Shown piece by piece: positions 58,017 to 64,000 of a DNA stretch of 64,000 nucleotides. The notes under the pieces were generated by a model. The model searched no databases and was not told the DNA's origin. It saw nothing but the letters and a program-made list of their open reading frames with translations. Position 1 is the stretch's first letter. Each line of letters opens with the position of its first letter. Where the stretch lies: the NCBI GenBank assembly GCA_035527975.1, contig DATKZM010000091.1, positions 9,942 to 73,941 of the forward strand. The letters run 5' to 3'. The position numbers were made by a program, and so were the translations under genes. The stretch comes from Alphaproteobacteria bacterium (GTDB taxonomy: Bacteria > Pseudomonadota > Alphaproteobacteria > JAPULJ01).

Positions 58017-59426
58017 ATGGATACGCGCGCGCATCTTATCGACGAGATCGAGATTTTCTGCCGTCATAAGGGCATCGCGGAGAGCACCTTTGGGGTCCGC
58101 GCGGTCAATGACGGCAAGTTCGTCGGGCGCCTGCGCAATGGCGGGCGCATCACCACCGACACGATCGATAAAGTACACGCCTTCATGCAAGACCACGTCG
58201 CGCCCAGCGGCGGCACGGATGGGGGAGCGAGCATGACCGAAACCGCCAAGACCGAACGGGTGCCCGTGGCAGGCCCAGCTGCAGGCAAGTCCAAGCAAAG
58301 CAACGACGGCACCGCCTTCCGGTTCTACGACAACCGGCAGAAATACCTGATGTTCGTGCATACCTGCAGCGAGAAGTGGGTGGTCGCCGACCGGGTCGGC
58401 TTGGAGCTGGCCAACATCCAGCCGAGCCCGCCGGCCTTGCGCGTTTTTGACGCCGGCATGGGCGACGGCACGGTCTTGATGCGCACACTAAGGCACATGC
58501 ACCGGCGCTATCCGAACGTGCCGTTCTACGTGGCCGGCAAGGAGATCAGCCTGGAGGATGTGCGGCTGTCGCTGGAGAAGATGCCCGACCGGTTCCACGA
58601 GCATCCCGCCACCGTCCTCGTCGTCACCAATCTTTATTATACCGAGGCACCGTCATTGATGCCGCGCTCGATGGCCGCGGCGGCCAGCCTCAACTGGCAG
58701 GAAGTGGCGCTGTCCGGCAGCACGTCTTACGAGTTCGAGAAGCAGATCACCGAGCTGCAGCCGATGCTGTCCGAAGGCTGGCAGGTGCGCGCCAGCGAGA
58801 CGACCGGCAATCCGCTCTACACCCGGCCTTCGGTGCTGGTGCTCTACCGCGAAGATCACAAGGTTCTGCTCGATCAGATCATCCCGCGTCCGGGTCAGGC
58901 CCAGGGCAATTACGATCTGATCGTGGCCTCGCAGCCCTACCGCGCACGGATGCCGATCGAATTCAAGGTCGACAAGGTGCTGTCACCGCTCGCCAGCAAC
59001 CTCGCGCCGGGCGGCCGGCTGCTCGCCGTGCATTCGCATGGCCGCGATCCCGGGGTCGAGATCGTCCGCAGGATCTGGCCGGATGAAGACCCTTTCCAGC
59101 ACGACCGCCATCAGCTCCTGCACTATATGAAGTCGACCTTGGGCAGGACGCACCGCGATCTCACCTTCAAGGCATATGCCGACAACCGGGCGCTGTTCCG
59201 TTATGACATGCACACGCTGCCCTCGGAGATCGGCTCGAACATTGGCACCTCGACGCTGCTGGCGGCCTGGAATGCGGCGATCTACGTTGCCCAGATCGAG
59301 GACCAGCGGCTTGAAGAAGTCATGTCGGATGCGTCATATCTGGACGCAACGCGCGAAGTGCTGCAGGAACATGGTGGGCTATGGTTCAATGACGAGTCAT
59401 TTGTCGTGTCGCGCCGCCGCAACTAA
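58017..59426 (+). CDS. Two-domain protein: small N-terminal putative DNA-binding domain plus class I SAM-dependent methyltransferase-like domain
   Basis: N-terminus LIDEIEIFCRHKGIAESTFGVRAVNDGKFVGRLRNGGRITTDTIDKVHAFM, then a low-complexity linker, then SAM motif I LRVFDAGMGDGT and a later DLIVASQPY. High GC3 throughout. Alternative TTG start at 57981. Confidence 0.65.
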   Translation: MDTRAHLIDEIEIFCRHKGIAESTFGVRAVNDGKFVGRLRNGGRITTDTIDKVHAFMQDHVAPSGGTDGGASMTETAKTERVPVAGPAAGKSKQSNDGTAFRFYDNRQKYLMFVHTCSEKWVVADRVGLELANIQPSPPALRVFDAGMGDGTVLMRTLRHMHRRYPNVPFYVAGKEISLEDVRLSLEKMPDRFHEHPATVLVVTNLYYTEAPSLMPRSMAAAASLNWQEVALSGSTSYEFEKQITELQPMLSEGWQVRASETTGNPLYTRPSVLVLYREDHKVLLDQIIPRPGQAQGNYDLIVASQPYRARMPIEFKVDKVLSPLASNLAPGGRLLAVHSHGRDPGVEIVRRIWPDEDPFQHDRHQLLHYMKSTLGRTHRDLTFKAYADNRALFRYDMHTLPSEIGSNIGTSTLLAAWNAAIYVAQIEDQRLEEVMSDASYLDATREVLQEHGGLWFNDESFVVSRRRN

Positions 59427-59517
59427 GCAGCGCTGCGTGCCCGGCGGCATGATGGATCTTGAACAACACCACGCAACATAACCACATCACTACCAAATTA
59501 CCGGGGAGTACGGGTCC

Positions 59518-60687
59518 GTGAAAGATTATCTATTCACCAGCGAGTCGGTATCGGAGGGTCACCCTGACAAGGTGTGCGACCGAATCTCGGATGCGGTTGT
59601 CGACACATTTCTGACCGCCGATCCGCAAGCGCGGGTTGCTTGCGAGACCCTCGTCACCACGAACCTGATCGTGCTGGCCGGCGAGGTCCGCGGGCCCGAC
59701 GGCATCGTCGACGGGCTGGAAGCCGTGGCGCGCGCCGCGGTCAAGGATATCGGCTACGAGCAGGACGGCTTCCACTGGAAGAATTCGGAAGTTCAGGTCC
59801 ACATCCACTCGCAGTCCTCCGATATCGCCCAGGGCGTCGATGCCGCCGGCAACAAGGACGAGGGCGCGGGCGACCAGGGGCTGATGTTCGGCTATGCCTG
59901 CAACGAGACCGACGTGCTGATGCCCGCACCCATCCATTTCAGCCACGCGATCCTGCGCTCGCTGGCCGAAGCGCGGCATTCGGGCGCGGAGCCGGGCCTC
60001 GGTCCCGACAGCAAGAGCCAGGTGACGCTGCAATATGTCGACGGCAAGCCGGTCAAGGCGACGTCGGTGGTGGTCTCGACCCAGCACGCTGCCGAGCTCG
60101 ACCAGGACCAGGTCCGCAAGATCGTGCGGCCCCATGTCGAGAACGTGCTGCCCAGTGGCTGGATGCCGCCGGAGGACGAGTTCTACGTCAACCCGACCGG
60201 GCGCTTCGTGATCGGCGGTCCGGACGGTGATGCCGGGCTCACGGGCCGCAAGATCATCGTCGACACATATGGCGGTGCCGCGCCCCATGGCGGCGGCGCC
60301 TTCTCGGGCAAGGATCCGACCAAGGTCGACCGCTCGGCCGCCTATGCGGCGCGTTATCTGGCCAAGAACGTCGTCGCCGCAGGGCTCGCCGACAAATGCA
60401 CGATCCAGGTCGCCTATGCCATCGGCGTTTCCAAGCCGCTGTCGGTCTATGTCGACACGGCGGGCACCGGAACGGTGGAGGAGGCCAAGCTGTCGGCGGT
60501 GTTGCAGGAGCTGATGGATCTGACGCCCCGCGGCATCCGCGAGCATCTCGGCCTCAACCGGCCGATCTATGCGCGCACCGCCGCCTACGGCCATTTCGGA
60601 CGCCAAGTGGAGCCCGATGGCGGCTTCTCGTGGGAGCGCACGGACCTCATCGACGGCCTCAAATCCGCCTTCAACGGCAAGGGCTGA
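59518..60687 (+). CDS. metK: S-adenosylmethionine synthase
   Basis: [51 protein letters not shown] start. Confidence 0.95.
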   Translation: MKDYLFTSESVSEGHPDKVCDRISDAVVDTFLTADPQARVACETLVTTNLIVLAGEVRGPDGIVDGLEAVARAAVKDIGYEQDGFHWKNSEVQVHIHSQSSDIAQGVDAAGNKDEGAGDQGLMFGYACNETDVLMPAPIHFSHAILRSLAEARHSGAEPGLGPDSKSQVTLQYVDGKPVKATSVVVSTQHAAELDQDQVRKIVRPHVENVLPSGWMPPEDEFYVNPTGRFVIGGPDGDAGLTGRKIIVDTYGGAAPHGGGAFSGKDPTKVDRSAAYAARYLAKNVVAAGLADKCTIQVAYAIGVSKPLSVYVDTAGTGTVEEAKLSAVLQELMDLTPRGIREHLGLNRPIYARTAAYGHFGRQVEPDGGFSWERTDLIDGLKSAFNGKG

Positions 60688-60738
60688 CCCTCTCAAAGCG
60701 GCCCTCGCCCCGCATCATTTCAGGAGCAGTGAAGAGAC

Positions 60739-62142
60739 ATGACGACCAACGGTAGCGACTACGTCATCAAGGATATCAGCCTCGCCGAATGGGGCCGCAA
60801 GGAGATCGCGCTGGCCGAGGTGGAGATGCCGGGCCTGATGGCGACGCGCGAGGAATTCGGCGCCTCCAAACCGCTGAAAGGCACGCGGATCGCCGGCTCG
60901 CTGCACATGACGATCCAGACGGCCGTGCTGATCCAGACGCTGGAAGCCCTGGGCGCCGATGTGCGCTGGGCGACCTGCAATATCTACTCCACGCAGGATC
61001 ACGCCGCCGCCGCGATCGCCGAGGCGGGCACGCCGGTCTTCGCCGTAAAGGGCGAGACGCTGGAGGAATACTGGGACTACGCCCACCGCATCTTCGACTG
61101 GTCCGATGGCGGCGTGCCCAACATGATCCTCGACGATGGCGGCGACGCCACCATGCTGGTCCATCTTGGCCTCAAGGCCGAGGGCGATCCCTCGGTCCTC
61201 GACAATCCGCAGAACGAGGAAGAAGAGGCTGCTTTTGCCTCGATCAAGAAGCGGCTGGCGGAAAAGCCCGGCTGGTACGCAGAGGTCGCAAAATCGATCA
61301 AGGGCGTGACCGAAGAAACCACGACCGGCGTCCATCGGCTCTACGACATGCACAAGAAGGGCGAGCTGCTGTTCCCGGCGATCAACGTCAATGACAGCGT
61401 CACCAAGTCGAAGTTCGACAATCTCTACGGCTGCCGCGAATCGCTGGTCGACGGCATCCGCCGCGGCACCGACGTCATGATGTCCGGCAAGGTCGCGGTG
61501 GTGGCGGGCTACGGCGATGTCGGCAAAGGCTCGTCGCAGTCGCTGCGCAATGCCGGTTGCCGGGTCATGGTCACCGAGATCGACCCGATCTGCGCGCTGC
61601 AGGCGGCGATGGAGGGCTATGAGGTCGTCACCATGGAAGAGGGCGTGCCCCAGGGCGACATCTTCGTCACTACGACGGGCAATATCGACGTGATCACGGT
61701 CGACCACATGCGCGGCATGAAGGACCGGGCGATCGTCTGCAACATCGGCCACTTCGACAGCGAGATCCAGGTCGGCGGCCTGAAGAACTTCAAGTGGCAC
61801 AACGTCAAGCCCCAGGTCGACGAGATCGAGTTCCCCGACGGCAAGCGCATCATCCTGCTGTCCGAAGGCCGGCTGGTGAACCTGGGCAACGCGATGGGCC
61901 ATCCAAGTTTCGTGATGAGCGCGTCGTTCACCAACCAGGTGATGGCGCAGATGGAGATCTGGCAGAATCCGGACAAGTACGAAAAGCAGGTCTATGTGCT
62001 GCCCAAACATCTCGACGAGAAGGTGGCCATGCTGCATCTGGCGAAAGTCGGCGCTCATCTGAGCAAACTGTCGAAGCAGCAGTCAGACTATATCGGCGTG
62101 CCCAATGCCGGGCCGTTCAAGCCCGACCATTACCGCTACTAG
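60739..62142 (+). CDS. ahcY: Adenosylhomocysteinase
   Basis: [26 protein letters not shown] motif [10 protein letters not shown] and C-terminal [10 protein letters not shown]. Confidence 0.95.
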   Translation: MTTNGSDYVIKDISLAEWGRKEIALAEVEMPGLMATREEFGASKPLKGTRIAGSLHMTIQTAVLIQTLEALGADVRWATCNIYSTQDHAAAAIAEAGTPVFAVKGETLEEYWDYAHRIFDWSDGGVPNMILDDGGDATMLVHLGLKAEGDPSVLDNPQNEEEEAAFASIKKRLAEKPGWYAEVAKSIKGVTEETTTGVHRLYDMHKKGELLFPAINVNDSVTKSKFDNLYGCRESLVDGIRRGTDVMMSGKVAVVAGYGDVGKGSSQSLRNAGCRVMVTEIDPICALQAAMEGYEVVTMEEGVPQGDIFVTTTGNIDVITVDHMRGMKDRAIVCNIGHFDSEIQVGGLKNFKWHNVKPQVDEIEFPDGKRIILLSEGRLVNLGNAMGHPSFVMSASFTNQVMAQMEIWQNPDKYEKQVYVLPKHLDEKVAMLHLAKVGAHLSKLSKQQSDYIGVPNAGPFKPDHYRY

Positions 62143-62175
62143 GCAGCGTCCACGGCGCGCGGGGCGGGACAGGTC

Positions 62176-63102
62176 ATGGCACGCAGTCTCGCGATCAAGA
62201 AAGGCGAAGGCATAGGGGACCGGGGCGGCCGGGGCGAACGGCGCACGTTTCTCATGCGCGACTGGTCGGTTGAGGCGACGCTGCCCAAGGCCGGCGACAT
62301 CGAAGCCCTGGTTGCCTCTTCGCCGGCGGACATGCCGGTTTATCTGAGCGCGCTGGCCAAGAACCACGGGGGCCGCATGATCGCCGACGCGGCGGCCATG
62401 CGGCGCGCCGGCTTGGAGCCGGTGCCGCACGTCGCCGTGCGCAACTATGAAAGCGCGGCCGAGCTCGAAGCGTTTCTGACGCGCATCCGCGCCGAAGCCG
62501 ATGTCCGCAAGGCGCTTGTCATCGCCGGCGACCGCGACCGGCCGGCTGGTCCGTTCGACAGCGCGCTTTCGCTGATCGCCTCGGGCATGCTCGAGGGTTG
62601 CGGCATCGAGGAAGTGGGCGTCTCGGGTTATCCCGACGGTCATCCGAAGATCGATGCCGACCGGCTCGACGAAGCGCTGGCGGCGAAGATCGAGGCGGCG
62701 GCGAGGGCGGGGCTCGCGCTGCATGTGGTCACGCAGTTCTGCTTCGATCCCCAGGCGATCGGGCATTGGCTCCAGGCGATCCGCGCGGGCTATCCGGGGT
62801 TGCCGGTGCGGATCGGCTTGGCCGGGCCCGCCGGTGCGACGACGCTGCTCAAGTTCGCGCTGCGCTGCGGCGTCAAGGCTTCGGCGCGCGGGTTGCGGCG
62901 CAATTTGAGCGCTGTCGGGGGCTTGATGGGCCAGTCGTCGCCGGCGCGTATCGTCGATGCGCTTGCCGCGATGCCGCTCGACGTCTGGGACCATGATGCC
63001 GCGCTGCACTTCTTTTCGTTCGGCGGCATCGGCCGGACCGCGCGATGGGTGAGCGAGAATGCCGCGCGCGAGGCGGGCGAGACCCACGATAGTAACGACT
63101 GA
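62176..63102 (+). CDS. Methylenetetrahydrofolate reductase family protein (MetF-like)
   Basis: GVSGYPDGHP and VTQFCFD match MTHFR-family motifs. The start may be the ATG at 62254 (MRDWSVEATLP). Confidence 0.75.
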   Translation: MARSLAIKKGEGIGDRGGRGERRTFLMRDWSVEATLPKAGDIEALVASSPADMPVYLSALAKNHGGRMIADAAAMRRAGLEPVPHVAVRNYESAAELEAFLTRIRAEADVRKALVIAGDRDRPAGPFDSALSLIASGMLEGCGIEEVGVSGYPDGHPKIDADRLDEALAAKIEAAARAGLALHVVTQFCFDPQAIGHWLQAIRAGYPGLPVRIGLAGPAGATTLLKFALRCGVKASARGLRRNLSAVGGLMGQSSPARIVDALAAMPLDVWDHDAALHFFSFGGIGRTARWVSENAAREAGETHDSND

Positions 63103-63193
63103 AGCGGCGGAGCATTGGTCGGCCGAGCACGGGGGCGGCCGAGCAAGGCGCGGCCCGGCGGAGGCCGCGCGCGCCGAAACTTACGATACCTGA

Positions 63194-63754
63194 TGCACAT
63201 ATATCCAGCTCGACGACACCAACCTCGCTTATCTGTGCGATCCCAACATGCGCGAACGCGCGCGCTCGATCGGCGAGGACCCGGACGCGCTGCCGCGGCT
63301 TTATGCGCGCATCATCAACGATGCGATCAGCCCGCGGCCCGACGGCATGACCGTCGCCATCCATCTCTGCCGCGGCAACTTCCGCAGCTCCTGGGTGGCC
63401 GAAGGCGGCTACGAGCCGGTCGCCGAGGCGCTGTTCAACGAGCTCGACGTCGACGGCTATTTCCTGGAATACGACGACGAGCGCTCGGGCGACTTCGCGC
63501 CGCTGCGCTTCGTGCCCAAGGGCAAAATTGTGGTGCTCGGCATCATCTCCTCCAAGCTGGCCGCGCTGGAAGGCAAGGACGAGCTCAAGACGCGCCTCGA
63601 CGAGGCGGCGAAATACATGCCGCTGGAGCAGATGGCGCTGAGCCCGCAATGCGGCTTTTCCAGCACCGTCGACGGCAACGAGATCAGCGTCGACGACGAG
63701 ATCGCCAAGCTGAAGCTGGCGGTCGAGACGGCGGCAGAGGTCTGGGGCTCATAG
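63194..63754 (+). pseudogene. 5'-truncated MetE-family (methionine synthase II-like) gene remnant
   Basis: The reading frame opens right after a TGA at 63191 with ..YIQLDDTNLAYLCDPNMRERA. That belongs to the middle of this family (compare LQLDEPGLAHL at about residue 190 of the paralog at 32041). The C-terminal half is intact, including HLCRGN and SPQCGFS. Confidence 0.6.
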
Positions 63755-63822
63755 CTTCGGTTGTGCGCCTTCAGCGCTAACTTGCCAAAGGCACATACAC
63801 TCAAACACCTTCGGTGTTTGAG

Positions 63823-63941
63823 ACCCCTCACCCTAACCCTCTCCCTCAAGGGGAGAGGGAATCACGGCACGCCCTTCATTGCCCCTCTCCCCTGGAGGGA
63901 GAGGGAGGGGCCCATCGTGGTAGCGATGGGAGGGTGAGGGG
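63823..63941. repeat. Composite palindromic repeat (copy 2 of 2 in the window)
   Basis: Same architecture and near-identical arms as 21211-21346. Confidence 0.9.
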
Positions 63942-63961
63942 GATGGCAGCGGAAGCGCGCC

Positions 63962-64000
63962 CTACCCCTCCATCTTCACCACGATCTTCCCGAAGTGCTG
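63962..64000 (-). CDS. 3' end of a minus-strand gene (C-terminus ..QHFGKIVVKMEG); possibly a medium-chain dehydrogenase/quinone oxidoreductase
   Basis: Only 12 codons are visible. A GKIV-type ending is common in MDR-family oxidoreductases, but this is weak evidence. Confidence 0.25.
   Translation of the reverse strand, partial: QHFGKIVVKMEG

Noticed and set aside
59427-59517. Possible SAM-type riboswitch upstream of metK, and an SAH riboswitch upstream of ahcY (60688-60738)
   Set aside because: I could not recognise conserved cores of the SAM-II, SAM/SAH or SAH motifs by eye. The metK-ahcY spacer is only about 50 nt, too short for an SAH element. A covariance-model scan is needed before any claim.
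59530-62058. Long minus-strand ORFs (59530-60696 and 60715-62058) opposite metK and ahcY
   Set aside because: They are antisense to two of the most confidently identified genes in the window and have no motifs of their own.

Overview
This is a high-GC chromosomal segment, roughly two-thirds G+C by eye. It looks alphaproteobacterial (Rhizobiales/Hyphomicrobiales-like); that is an inference from the protein families and the interspersed palindromic repeat families, not a computed result. It holds about 57 densely packed protein-coding genes, mostly for transport and acyl-CoA metabolism.

Gene content in order:
- a HAAT-type ABC importer (590-5142, minus strand)
- a TetR-linked beta-oxidation operon (6833-12877)
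- a LemA/DUF2207 pair, an esterase and a long-chain acyl-CoA ligase
- ChaC, DsbA-like, SDR and GST genes
- a penicillin-acylase-family lipoprotein, divergent from a non-canonical PaaA/B/C-like diiron oxygenase operon
- a ParE/RHH toxin-antitoxin pair, a bacterial GH3 protein, dusA and greB
- a large convergent locus (35763-50093) with a 2OG oxygenase, an aminotransferase, a second HAAT ABC importer, two paralogous CoA ligases, DUF3574, a crotonase and an amidase
- two TRAP transporters
- a methyl-cycle cluster: MetE-like, a two-domain methyltransferase-like protein, metK, ahcY, metF-like and a truncated MetE-like remnant

I recognised no rRNA, tRNA, CRISPR array, transposase or intact integrase.

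The items most worth a second look are:
- the rearranged Paa-like oxygenase operon with a split PaaD and no reductase
- the methyl-cycle cluster headed by an unusual two-domain methyltransferase-like protein
- a duplicated structured leader in front of two consecutive genes
- a low-GC orphan membrane-anchored gene at the convergence point of two operons
- an unannotated 40-codon acidic ORF

Start codons were chosen by eye from RBS, signal-peptide and overlap logic and may be off by a few codons. Many long ORFs in the supplied track are antisense or alternative-frame artefacts of the GC content. No database search or computation was run; all family calls rest on motif recognition.
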